A stretch of DNA of 64,000 bases. Origin: Takakia lepidozioides. Lineage: Eukaryota; Plantae; Bryophyta. Shown here piece by piece: positions 37,250 to 50,057 of this stretch (position 1 is the first letter of the stretch; each line of letters begins with the position of its first letter). Under the pieces are notes generated by a model. The model saw nothing but the letters and a program-made list of their open reading frames with translations. It did not search any database and was not told where the DNA came from. The DNA is taken from assembly GCA_030704615.1 (NCBI GenBank), contig CM060734.1:62558001-62622000 (forward strand), in the 5' to 3' direction. The position numbers were made by a program, and so were the translations under genes.

Positions 37250-39169
37250 TTTCCTCGCCACTGCAAGCTCCAGGCCCTAGTCAACTGCAAAACAACCATC
37301 CCCACTCCTTGGCTGTGTGTGCGAGAGTGATGGACTGGTGCGAGCTTGCTGAATCCATCGCCGCATCCTTGGATCGCAGCGTTTGTTGCATTTCTCGATC
37401 TAGTGAACTGGATGCTCTGGAGCCCGTACTTCAGAAAATAGTGCAAGGCCGCACCTTACCCAGCTTTACAAGTGCGGCCGGGGCCAACAAGTTAGAGTCA
37501 CAATTTTACCATAGCTAGTAACTATTGTTAAACTAGCTCATAGCTGCTATGCATCACTGTTGTACCCGGATTTACCCTGTGGATAAATCAGGGTAAGGGG
37601 TAAGTTACTTAACTGGATGTACCTTTGTTGTTTACCCTTATCCTTTATACGGATAACTGTTTTGATTTATCTTTACCTTAACTTTTTCTCGTTTTTGAAA
37701 AGGCCCGAGATAGACGGTAAATATATTAATGAGGAAAAACTAAGCTCGCATGAGAGGCCATGCAGGCTGAGAACGGGGACACTGCCCGGTAACTCAACCA
37801 TGCAATGAGAGTAAAATGTGAAGGAGAGTATGATTGATGGCGAGAATGAGTGGGGCATATTTCTCCCCTTTTTATTTCTAGGTATTGGTCATGGCAGCAG
37901 GTAAATGATGATATTTTTGGTGGGTGCGAGGGAGAGTGATGGTAGAGCACGGTATCTAAGTTAGGCAGTGGCGTGGAAGACAACAACACAAGAGCATCGC
38001 AAGAGCATGGAACGACTAGGGCCCTACAAGTACCTATATTTATATACCTCTCCTAATTAGCCACTGTTTCACCCAAAATAATTACCCTTAAAACAAAACA
38101 AAATAGAGTTCAGCATGATAACAAATACAAAAATCTGAAAACTTTCAATGATTTACTATTTGTGTATATAAAGGATACATCCATTATTTACTCTTTTTGT
38201 TCTTTTTCTTTTTTGGTTAACAGGGTTGGAGCCCTGGTTAACTTTATTCTGAAATATTTGTTTGTTTGGTTGAAGAAAGGGGACAATGGATCATTCTTTA
38301 CTAAACTATAGTGAGCCTTGTGGGTCCAAGATTCCTTCTTGACCATTATTCCTCGTTAGGGATGGACAGAAGGTAGTTGGAAAAGGATGATGACAAGCCG
38401 GATGAGATTATCTTAGGATTAGAGATTTTGTTTGACTGTAACAACTAGTTTATGATTAAGTGGTGGTCCTGTGTGAAGGACCTGGTTTACAACTTGGGGC
38501 AGTTCCAAACTAGCAACCGGACAAATGACTATGCTCTCTGATTGGTTGAAAGTCAGGTCTTGTCCACTGCACTCTTTCATTTACCTAATAGACATAAATT
38601 TCATGCATTTATTTAGTTACATCTATACTCTATACATCTATACCTTAGGAAGAAAATCTTATACTGAAGCAGAATTAATTGGTATCACTTCACCGTCTTG
38701 AAGGACTACTCTCTATAACACTGACCACCTATAAATGCAAAGATACAAACAACATTCATACATAACATTATACAGACGCAACCAATACACCAACAACTGC
38801 TTACAAAATCTATTCATTAACAGTAACCATTGGATTTTAGCATTAATACAACCATACAAACAAGCGGCTAGTCGCGTAATGGCTCCACCCTGTTGAAAAT
38901 TTCCAAAAATATTATATTGAAATAAAATATCATATACATATCACATATTCGATTTTAATTTTTTTTTGTAAGGGCGTTGGCCGTTTACTTTATATTCGAA
39001 TTATATGTCAAACATGTTCTGCATAAGAGGAAATTCATTTATTTATTTATTCATTTATTCATTTATTTAAAGTCGGGGACAGAAGCCCTGGCAGAACTTT
39101 ATTGATGTGTGAATCAAATATTGATGTATGATATTACAAAACTGATCTTTGAATTTACTAGTTGTTAAA

Positions 39170-39420
39170 TTATTGAAATGCTTGTTGAAATACCCACTGA
39201 AATATTAAGATACTTGTTGAAGAACTGGCTGAAATATTAATATACTTGCTGAAAAACTGGCTGAAATATTAATATACTTGCTGAGAAACTGGCTGAAATG
39301 CTGAAATACTTGCTGAAAAACTCGCTGAAATACTTCTTGAAATACTGAAATACTCGCTGACATATTGAATACTGAAATACTGAATAGTGAAATATTGAAT
39401 ACTAAGATACTATATTCAGG
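39170..39420. repeat. Degenerate minisatellite built on GCTGAAATA(C/T) units
   Basis: Repeated ACTGGCTGAAATATTAATATACTTGCTGA-type units and shorter TGAAATAC motifs. Confidence 0.8.
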
Positions 39421-39789
39421 CTTCACTGTCTATACAAAAAGGTGAACAACAAAACATTCATTTAAGAATGCTACAAAGAGATTTTCATGCCTTAAAATGG
39501 AGGAACTGTTGGCAACCTTGAAATCTGAAGAGGAACATCAACCATTGGGGACCACATACATAAGACCTACCTCGTGTTTCAATTACTCGCAACTTCATGT
39601 ATTCAGAGAGAATACCTTCGACAATGTAAAGTAAGATACAAGAAAAGGGGAGAGAATGTATTTGTAAGACGAAATGAAGGGAAGCTTCAGTAACTGGCAA
39701 GTCCAGACTGTTTTTACGATGACAAAAGATGGACACTTGAGAAACAGATGGAAGAGAGAACCGTTGCAACACTTACAATGCAGTCAGGG

Positions 39790-39955
39790 GAGCCACCATG
39801 GCTCTCAGCATTGCAAACGCACACAAACGTTATGAGGTCGGGCTTCACCCCTTCCCCCATCATTTGCTCATAGGTCTCTAAAGCTTCCATCCTGCGCCCC
39901 TGCTCTGCATACCCTGCAAAGTGTCACACTCCACGACACACACATCTCGTTCATT
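39790..39955 (-). pseudogene. PLS-class PPR gene fragment
   Basis: Minus strand reads (frameshifted ERD..VSWS) AGYAEQGRRMEALETYEQMMGEGVKPDLITFVCVCNAESHGG, a typical P-L PPR motif junction. Confidence 0.75.
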
Positions 39956-40750
39956 TATAGGGGGGATGCCAGAACAGCCTGGGCCAGTGTGACCAACCAG
40001 CCCATCCCTCTCATTTGTATGAAGACTGAATTGTCTTCAGACAGAATCTCATAGGGGATGTACATCCAACCAAGTGGTTAATCATACCACTTTGAATAGG
40101 GAACTAAACAGATTGCCTCCTGGAAATGCACAATTACTCCAATGGTGCACCAATATCAATCTACAAGCCTTCAGCAGTACGAAATCAACTTTTGGACCCT
40201 TTTGGACACACGGGCACGGAACTCATAAACTTACTCTCCATTTGACACCAACCCAATGTCATGATTTGTATCCCTAGCAGTATTCCCTAAGGCACTTGAC
40301 TATTCCCTGTGACAGATTTCCTCTCCCCTGACATTCCCAGTATTCACTTGAGAAAACTTCTCGATGGTTGACAAGATTCAGCTGCGGTATAGATGATTAT
40401 GGCCACCTTCCCGGTCTTCATAAAAGGTTGGGAAGGACTTGTCTGATGATTGAGGGCGAAACTCTTCAATACGGGAGATGGTTGTCACTGACTCATCCTG
40501 CAAAAAGTCCTGAGGGGCTCCGGAAAGTCAGGTCAAGAACCACACCCATATGACTCCTTCTATCTTGAGATCAAGGTACAAATGATTACTCCTCAAAGTT
40601 TGATATCCAGACCTTCACTCTAAGTGTTCGCTTGCGCAAAGAACAGTCATCTTACATTGTGACAGCCCCGCATATGCAATGTTTCCCTTAGTTGAGGACG
40701 GAGGAAGAGGCCATCCGCCCTCTAAGAAGCACAGCACATGAGCACATAGC

Positions 40751-42760
40751 CTGCATAGTGTTGAACACTCCCTTTGCATCCTCGCTGCACCCACATTTGG
40801 CATACATGTTCACCAGGGCAATGTTCATAATGACATCTGGTAATCTGACGGGCATTCACTTTTTTGCCTCGGTTGTCCCACCATTGACTGCGGTCAGAAA
40901 AGTATTCATTCCACATCTTCTCCTCAATTCTACTACCTGTTTTTGGATACTTTCATGTCACATCAAGGTAGTATCATGTCAAAGTCACTCCAAACTAGAT
41001 TCACCCAACCAGCTAACTTGAAGAATTATTTAGGGCCGATTCTGATAAGAGGGAAAAACAGGGTGAACTGTGTTGAAGAAGGTGCCTTCATTAGCAGTGC
41101 CTGATTTTATCAATTGTGCCACTGCTGCTGGGGCTTCCAGTTGACCATCTACCCATGCAAGATTCTCGTAGCGATTGATCCACAGGGATTCATAGGTAAT
41201 CTTGTGCTTGGATGAATCAGGACCCACACTCTATCCATGCCTCTGCACAAATCATGCATACATCTTAGCCTTACTACTAGCAGCTGACAATGACAGCCTA
41301 GATTATTTCTAGGAAACACCCAAACCCTACTTATCACACTAGTTCCTATGCTACTTGCGTCTATTTCCAACAATCATTCACCTTTTTGCCTCAGTTGTCC
41401 CACCATGGACTGGGGTCACAAAAGTATTCATTCCACAGCTTCTCCTAGTCTCTGTTACTTGTTTTTGGATACTTTCTTGTTGTCACATTGGCAGTATCAT
41501 GTCAAAATCACTCCAAACTATCAAAGATTCACTCAACCAGCTAATTTGCAGAATTCAAGATGAAAATTTAAGGCCAACTCAGATATGAGAGGAAAACAGG
41601 GTGAAATGTGTTGAAGAAGGTGCCTTGAGTAGCAACGCCTGATTTTATCAAATGTGCCGCTGTTGCTATGGCTTACACTTGACCATCTATCCATGCAGGT
41701 TTCTTGTAGCTATCCTTCCACATGGAATCATAGATAATCTGGAGCTTCAAATCCGGCCCTCTTGGATGAATCTGGACCCACACTCTATCCCCACTCCTTC
41801 AGCACGGCGTGAAGTTCTTCCAGCAAATACCCCAACCCTACTTATTACAATAGAGTCCAATTCTGAATTGCATCTGTTTTTTTGTAATCCAACAGACATG
41901 CACTTTTTTGTCTCCATTGTCCCACCATTGACTAGGGTCGGAAAAGTGTTCATTCCAAAGCTTCTTTTCATCTCTGTTATCTATTTTTGGGTACTTTCCT
42001 GCTGCTACATCGGCAGTAACTTGTCAAAGTCACTCCAAACCACCACAGATCCACCCAACAAGCTAACTTGCAGAGTTCAATATGCAAATTCAGGGCTGAA
42101 TCTGATGAGAGGGCAAAATAGGCTTAAATAGGTCGAAGAAGAAGGTGCCCTAACCACATTGTCCTCGACCTTGTGTCATGACCCATGGAGGATTTGACTG
42201 ACCATGAACCCAAGATGACCTCTTGTGTGTGTTGCTTGTGTCTGTAGTCAGGTAATGTCGGATGGTCTGTGAGAACCACCATGGTGCAGTCTGAGTGGGC
42301 AGAGATTGAAACACGGCATGCTAAGACCAAGCTGACTCTCCCAAGAACCTTGTAAACATAAGGAAGAATACGAAATCATGGTACTAACAGGAGCCAAGAG
42401 CCCACATTTGCAGGATGGACAAACTTCTTCGCATCATACATTAAGAAAAAACCACACCTTGCGATTGCGGTTGTCCCACCATCGTGAAGGATTTAAAAAA
42501 AACTCATGTCAGCTCTGCTCTGTGCTGCAAATTCAGGGCGGAGTCTGATGAGAGGGCAAAACAGGCTGAAATAGGCCGAAGAAGAAGGTGCCCTCACCAC
42601 ATTGTATTCCTTGACCTTGTGTCATGCCATGGAGGATTTGACTGACCATGAACCCAAGAGGACCTCTTGTGTGTGATGTTTGTGTCTGTAGTTAGGTAAG
42701 GAATGTTAGATTGGTGTGTGAGAACCACCACGGTGTAGCTGAGCAAGCGGAGATTGAAAC
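40751..42760 (-). pseudogene. Decayed tandem repeats (~500-550 bp units) encoding OSB-type PDF motifs, abutting a PPR motif
   Basis: WNEYFSDRSQWWDNRGKKVN (~40870), similar WWDN units at ~41405 and ~41925, and PDSSKHKITYESLWINRYENLAWVDGQL (41227-41140). PPR motif PDVIMNIALVNMYAKCGCSEDAKGVFN at ~40842-40760. The anchor GAAGAAGGTGCC recurs at ~41075, 41613, 42139 and 42581. Confidence 0.7.
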
Positions 42761-43974
42761 ACAGGAAAATACATATATGTCTATCCCTATATACACTGCA
42801 TTTATGAATATTTACATGTGTAAGATTCATTTAGGGGTCTTATCCAATCAAGGTACATTCAAGTTAACATTTTAGTGGGGGAGGATTATGTGCTTCATGT
42901 AGGTATTATCTAGTGGAGGGTATATCAGGATCTTACTCATTTTTGGGACCAATGCGTGGGAGACCAACAAACCAAACAATGTGTGATCTATGATTTTAAT
43001 TTTATGCCTGGAGATGAAACACTACCGTGCGATATTTTTCACAATCTCCAATGATTAATTTCTTTCGAAACACTACATTATACCAACAATATGATATCTC
43101 ATCCTGTGGTCTTTTCGTAATTGCCTATGACCGCAGCCAACACGCCAATTCCAAGAGGAAACTAAAAGAAAAAAATCCTTTGTGCTTTGACATTTCTTCT
43201 TCTTCTGTTATCAAGTTTTGTTTTGTCATTCTTACTTTTACATTTAATGTAAACGACCATAGGGTCCATTAGTCGTCATAGTTTCATAATTATGAGAAGC
43301 TCGGGAGAAAAATGGAGCTATTCATATAAGTGTTGGACCACTTCTTGTAATTTCCGTATGCCTCGGCATAGGTGGATGAAGATTTCCAAAACCCATACTT
43401 GCCTCACTCACACCTTGCTCCAACTCTCTCTAACAAGTAAGTACTCACCGTCTATTCCAGCAATAATCCAACAACAATGAAGATGCCTTTGCCTACTCTC
43501 CATTTGCTTTGCATCTCTCGAGCACACAGGCTCTCTCGAAGCAAGTATCTTAAATAGCATGTCGACTCACAAACAAGTAAGTAGGTCTCTTATTACTGTG
43601 GAGTAAATGTTGGCAGCTACTCGTAGTGCACACGTGAGGCAAGACACAAGGGCAACTTCTTGCACACAAAACGACAACCTATACGCAGTCCAAACACGTG
43701 GAACCAAGCACATGAAGTCACAAGAGCCAATCCAAACCGTGGGAAAGCAAGTGCACAACAAAAGCTCGTTGCCACTGACTCCCTCTCATTCAAATGAGAA
43801 TACTCACCCTAAAAGTTATATTGGCAATCACTTCCAGATCTGCATCCTACCTACACTTGGAGCCCAGCGAACGTTTAAGGGTGCTAAAATTTTTTAGTGC
43901 ATCTTTTGCCAAGTGCTAGAGAGCACTTACCTACCAAAGCAATTAGGATTCCATGATATATATGTATATTTTGT

Positions 43975-45335
43975 CAACAAGGGGATTAGGCCCTGGTTAA
44001 CTTTATTGTAATGTATTTGTGGGACAAAGCCCTTACATATTATTTGGGATTATTCGGGGGAAAAAAATTAAAACCCCTTAGATGCCATAAGGCGAACATT
44101 TGCAGTCTCAAATGCAACTAAGCAAGGGAGAGCATGGAAACTGAATCAAAACAGTAAGTTATCATCAAACATGGGTAGGAAAAGTGAGTTTTAGAGACCA
44201 AGTCGCCTTTAAGGCCTTATCCGACCAAAGGATTCCCTGGGGATTAGCCACGATCTATCCTTCTAGGCTCAAACTATTCAGCGATAGTTGAGTCTCGAGG
44301 GTTTTGCCGAGGCCTTCAAGTGTTTCCAGTTGACCTCACGATCGAACCCCGGGGATACTGTGGACTGTTGAGCGCTTGTTTCTCCAGTGTAGGGGCGGAA
44401 GCTTTGGCCATGTACAGGAGTCCTCTGAAGTGGTGACACAGATGAGCCCGTGGTGAGCCCAGGTGTTCCTGAATTTCTCGAAGATGGCAGGAGCTCCTTG
44501 CAAATTGCGTTGCATATCTGCATAGAGTTTAATCCAGGCTTTGCGTGACTCGATGCTCAAATCATAGAAAACAAGGGCCAATATGGTGGAGATTGAGGAG
44601 GTGGAGTTAGAGAACGATTTTGAGCATCTGACTTTCCAAAGATGCCACAAGACCGAGCCCCTAAGAGATTCAAACACATGACAAGAGATGGCTTTTTGCT
44701 TAGGGAGGGGGTCATAGTTTAGCAGCAAGTCTGTGGCTGAGAGACACCTTGGGCTCTAGTGATGGTAGAAACTTTTGATGAAGGGCCAGATGGCCCTAGG
44801 GGCTAGGCAGGTAAGGAGCGCGTGCTCTATGGATTCCAGAATACCCGTTGGACAACATTGACAAAGGATGGCTGATTGGAATTGAAGCCATTCTCCGACC
44901 TTAAGCACTCTGTTGGCGATCTGCCAGAGAAGGGCTGCCACCTTGGCCAGTGGATCTTGATCCAAACCGAAGCCCAGATTATTGACCAATTTTTGTTTTG
45001 GAACCCATGGTGTTGCCATCTTGTATCCCACTTGGACTGCATGGGCTGGGCGTTCTGGATGGCTTGGTAACCCTTCTTGGTTGAATAAGTGTAGAAGGGG
45101 TGAGGCCCTCTGGGGCAATTCCAAGACCATTCATCTGGGTCCAGGGGAATTCGGCCAATGGTCTCCCCAAGATCCAAAAGAATCTGTTGGTTTGCAGCCA
45201 CACTGGCAGAAAGTCCATGGCTGTTGAATCGGGTCGATCGCTTTAGAGGGCAGGGACCATCCATAGACCCTTATTTGAGTCAATGGGATGAGTGGGATTT
45301 CTAGATGTTGATCTGTGAGAAGCTGCAGCGCCATA
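43975..45335 (-). mobile_element. 5'-truncated L1-type LINE remnant (zf-RVT region + 3' tail)
   Basis: Frameshifted WSIIWASVW / AALLWQIANRVLKVGEW...CQCC...ESIEHALLTC...IW...LWHLWKVRC, the L1 zinc-binding RVT region. Minus-strand AATAAA tail near 44005. Confidence 0.75.
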
Positions 45336-45518
45336 GTGGTCGGATTTATGGATTTATTTACCTTTCATAGAATCTATGATGACATTTGTCCCCTAGTATA
45401 TTTAAAATTTTAAAATACCCCCCCAATTCACATACAAAACACCCCTTTGCAAATTTGGGTATTTTGATGTGAAACTTGGAGAGAGCTCTCTGTAATTGTT
45501 TTTGAAATTTAAAAAAAA

Positions 45519-45733
45519 TTAAAGGAAACGTGGGAATGCGACAGCCCACAATTCAGGCCCTCAAAGGAGGGGAAAAACTTAACCCCCTTTCATTTATGGG
45601 CCATGAGGCCCGGACGATCAACGCATAGACATACCATCGTGAACAATCCCACACACAGGGCAGGGCAGCAGGTTTGAACCCCAAATCACCATGGCAATAC
45701 ACCATGCACTTACCAACTGAGCTACCAACCGAT
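45519..45733 (-). mobile_element. tRNA-derived SINE, same family as 3461..3690
   Basis: Minus strand GGTAGCTCAGTTGGTAAGTGCA...GGGGTTCAAACCTGCTGCCCTGCC...GAGGGCCTGAATTGTG...CCCACGTTTCCTTTAA aligns with the copy at 3461. Confidence 0.78.
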
Positions 45734-45960
45734 ATGCTACAATTCTTCTTTAAAAAAAAAGAAAAACAATACTGTTTTCTTGTTATTTCCCATTTTAAAC
45801 GATAAATTTGCTCAAAAAAATTACTGTGAATAGATAAAGTTTCTTTAACATCTAGTGAAAAGAAGCGCACATTCTGTATGTAAAAGGCTAATATTGATGA
45901 TTCAGGGTACGTAGAAAATGCAAATAAGTAGTCACTTTCAGTTCTATGCGACGTTGCAAC

Positions 45961-46661
45961 CAATGTTGGACCGGTATATAGGTCTTGGGCGGGTATCAAC
46001 TAGGGTAAGGGTAATGGTATGAAGGATCGTACCAGGCGGGTACCTACAAGGGCAAAACCCGGCAATAACCTGGTGGGGTAGGATACATGGACTTCTAAAA
46101 CCTTGCCGCAAAACATACTGGGGTCTTCTTCCTAGCGCTACCACTCCAATACCATGCATGCAGCAGTTGAGGGACAGGATGCAGGGTAGGGTCTAGGGTA
46201 GTTTGAGGTTAGGGATACTAACTACATACGGCACCTCATGAGTTACAGGATGCTAATATGTTTGAAGAGGAGTACCTAGATGAAATGCAATTTGTTAGTT
46301 TCTGCTCTTGAAACGGAACATTTGAACAGTTGAAATGACCATTTAAATAATTGAAATCTTAATATGATTTAAAGGGCCTCCGTCCATTTTTTTTTTAATT
46401 TGTTTTTGTTTTTATTTATTTTTTATTTTTAAGAGGTAGTGTACCTGGTACCAGACCCTGGCACATACCAGGCTGGTATGACTTTTAAAAGTTTGTTTAA
46501 TACCATACTAGTCAGATTTTCACTTTGATACCCTACCATATACTGCTATTAAATTTACACGTCATTTGATACCAGTACCATACTAGTTTCAATAATTGAA
46601 CTCTACCCCAATACCTTTACCCTAGTGGTATCAAAAATACCATGATACCAGTCCAACACCG
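45961..46661. mobile_element. Non-autonomous hAT-type element, related to 21417..21970
   Basis: TIRs CAATGTTGGACCGGTAT / ATACCAGTCCAACACCG. 8-bp TSD GTTGCAAC at 45953-45960 and 46662-46669. Confidence 0.88.
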
Positions 46662-47278
46662 GTTGCAACAGTCACCGCGCCACCTTCTTGCATTCTCTTT
46701 CACCTCTCAACATGCAACTGTCTCTACATCAGAGCTGCCAAGTTCTGTTGCATGCTTCCATTGTAGACGGACATCTGGATTTGGCACTTCCGATTATGCT
46801 GCTGTCGCCTTCGATTCTCAAACATAGTCTGTTGTCGGATGACGAGTCCCACCCGAACCTCAAGCCTTTGTCTGCGTTCGGCGGTGTTTGTTTGCATGGC
46901 ATATTGTGTTGATGTGAACTGTTCAAGTGCTGTTGACATGTTTTGCTAATGCAACTCCAGTCTGGAAAGTCAAGGTGCAGGTCTCTCTTGGGAAAATTGT
47001 GCCAGAGGGAATAATGGCAGTGAGCAAGCGCACGCTTGACGATCAGTTGAGAGAGAAGGTGAGCAAGTGCAAGCTTGTAGATCCCGGAAGTGCCGCCGCT
47101 GCGGCGATGCAACCGAGACGGAGTGTACGTACGTTGGTTTCGTATACCCCACAGCGAGCAAGATCAAGACAAAGGCAGGCGTGGGGGTATTTCATGTGCG
47201 CGCGTGCAATAATCCTAAGGAGGAAGAGGAGGAGGGAGTTACCAAGTTGAGAAGGAAGGAGCAGAAAGAAAGGAGAAG

Positions 47279-50057
47279 ATGGCGGCATCTGCTGCAGCGG
47301 CCGTGAGCGTGAGTGACTTCACTTCGTCAGCGGGAGTGAGGTCCGTGCAAGGGCCGAGATCGCATTTGGCATCCGCCAGGCCGGCGCAGCAGGCTGCGCT
47401 GCCCCGGCTGATCGCAGTTTCCAGCTTCCTTGGCGCGGGAGTGGATCGGTGTGGAAGTCGTGTATCCAATGTGAGTAAGTGAATTGAATGAATGTGTGGT
47501 GTGATAGAATGGTACGGGCGGATGTATGCAGGAGCTGCTGAGCTTGCGATGGCATGTGTTTGCTAGACGATGTCGCACCAATGTTGCGTGCCAGGGGATT
47601 ACATCGCTTCGGAGATTAGCCGGAAGCAAAATTTCCATTGAATCTGTCATATGCCGTCTTCTGGGAAGGAAGTGTTGTGTTATGCAATACGCCAGCTGAT
47701 TTCACAGATGTTCCTATCTTATCTAGTCGCACCTTACTTCATGATTAGATGCCTCAATAGCTCATGATTTCGAAGGTAGAGTTCACTGGGCTGAAACTTC
47801 ATGTGTGCTCAGCATTGCCCTGCCCTGCACTTGTGTCCAGGTTGCAGTGGATGCCAACCCCTGCCGACATATGCGGAGGTTGCTGTGGATGGCACACCTG
47901 TCTCGGCTGCTACAAAGCTTGAAGCACTCCCTGTCCTGGACGAGGAGCCCGCCTCTTCTGAGCCTCCCGTTTCTGCTCTTGAGGCGACTGTCTCTGCGGT
48001 CATGACTGACGTTACTAACTTGGTCAAGTAAGTCGACTACGTGGAGTTTGTTGCTGAATATTAGATGTTTGGCTTGCAAACTTTCTTGTGAACGAACATG
48101 ATCAACGATACGCCTTGGATTTTGGGCAGCATTCCTGTATTATTGATAACCAGCAGAAGCTTGCTTTGTACTTCGTTGCCAATAACTGGCTGTGGAGATG
48201 ATACCTGAAATGAGTTATGTTCTATTTATCTGCTGTGCATACCACGATGTAGCAGTATGTTATGCTTGTATGAGCCATGAATTCAAAGGACCCCAGGTGG
48301 TTCAATGTTTTTCTGAAGACCTGCAGATCTGTAACCAGACATACTGAAATTTTGGTCTGCTAATAATACAGAAATATTACTTTGTTTTCATGATTGTGTT
48401 CCTCCTGATGATGGTGCAGGCTTATAGACTCCAGAGACATCATTGAGCTAGAGATAAAGCACAAGGATTATGAGCTGCTGATCTCCAAGAAGGAAGCCCT
48501 TCCACCTCCCCCACCCCTTCCTCAGGTGTCCTTCCCAGGCCCCCATGTCATGGGCCACACAACATTCCCGGGCTTTGCACCTTCCCCACCCCCTCCTGCT
48601 CCTGCCCTGGCTGCTGTGGCACCAATGCCTGCAGCACCAGTGGCGCCTCCTGCTGCTGAGTATCTGCCCATGCTCTCCCCTATGGCTGGCACCTTTTACC
48701 GCAGTCCTGCCCCCGGTGAATCTGCGTTTGTGAAGGTGAGCTAATAATTTTCCTGTCGTCTGTCCATTTGTCTCTCTCTCTCTCTTGAGTGGTCAGTACA
48801 TACATTCCACTGCCATTGCAAGCAATGCCCTCATGTGCTTGATTGTGGCTCATGGTCTTTGTCCTTTGCCACTGGCTGTTACCAAGCTGAATCTGTACTG
48901 CTTGACAGAGGATTCTTGTAAAAAGAACTGTTGTCTTGCACATAGACTAGCAATGCATTAACATACTGGTGGGCGTTGCTTTTCTGGGATGGTTGCTGAA
49001 CAGGGTAGAGACAAGGTCGCAAAAGGGCAAGTTTTGTAAATTGTTGAAGCCATGAAACTGATGAACGAGATTGAGGTGAGTTATGCCCTTGGTACGGACG
49101 CAGATGCAGAGAAACAGAAGAGACTGATGTACAAGCTGGCTTGCTAGAAAGCACATTGTTGATTTGAGCTTTGCTGCCAGATGCACAGTATTTGTGACAT
49201 TTGTACCATGAATTTACCAATGATGGCCCAAAAGTAGATTGAAGCCATTGGGCAGAAAAAGCTTGTGGAACTTTAATCATACCCACTATGCAGAATGCTG
49301 GTGCTTAAACCTTCCCCTGGCAGCTGTGTCATAGCTCGAACTGGGGGGAATCTTTACCACCCCAAATGCCTCTATAAGACACTTTGGATGGTTTGGTCCT
49401 CTAGTGATTTTCAAGAACAGTTCATATTGGCAGACTTCCTTGGAATTCTTTTTAATTGATTTGTGCATCTGTTTTCTCAGGCTGACCAATCAGGAACCAT
49501 CATTGACATTCTTGCGAAAGATGGGAAGCCCGTGTCTACTGAAACTGTACGCACTTCAACCTAGCTCGCCTTTCCTTGATGTTGAACAATTATTGCAACT
49601 GCAGTATCATTTTTATATGCTGCCTCATTATCAATCGACTCACTCGCAAGGGATGTCTCTGATGTAAGAATGTCCACTGATCATTTAGAACTGATTTATG
49701 TATATTATCTGGTAGTTTGTGCACACCTATTTTGCTGTTCCTTAAAAGAGTCTTGCTTGTATGGCGTTTTATTGGTTCGTTTGCTCAACTAGCATGTCTC
49801 CATGAAGGTGCTGCCTAGTGAACAGGCACATAATTTGAAGATTTGTTTTTAAGCAGAACAGCTCCGCTTGGCTTGCTCGCAGGCATTTGATGTTGTCATG
49901 GAAATTGGCTGGTCAACATAAAGCATCAAGAGTGCTTTCCCCTATTTTCAGATCAGGGTGGCCCTGGTAGAGAAATCAAAGACAAATTTAGACAGTTTGC
50001 TGACCATGTGGTTTGTGTTTGGTGCCTGCAGCCCCCCTCTTTGTGATCAAACCATGA
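47279..50057 (+). pseudogene. Plastid acetyl-CoA carboxylase biotin carboxyl carrier protein (BCCP) gene with premature stop and terminal frameshift
   Basis: Exons 47279-47474, 47841-48027, 48420-48735 (LIDSRDIIELEIK...SPMAGTFYRSPAPGESAFVK), 49004-49075 (GRDKVAKGQVL*IVEAMKLMNEIE, TAA at 49037-49039), 49481-49546 (ADQSGTIIDILAKDGKPVSTET) and 50032-50057, where a C6 run puts PLFVIKP* out of frame. Confidence 0.8.

Noticed and set aside
47465-47850. Apparent frameshift between BCCP exons 1 and 2
   Set aside because: Resolved by using the GTAAGT donor after 47474, which keeps the frame.
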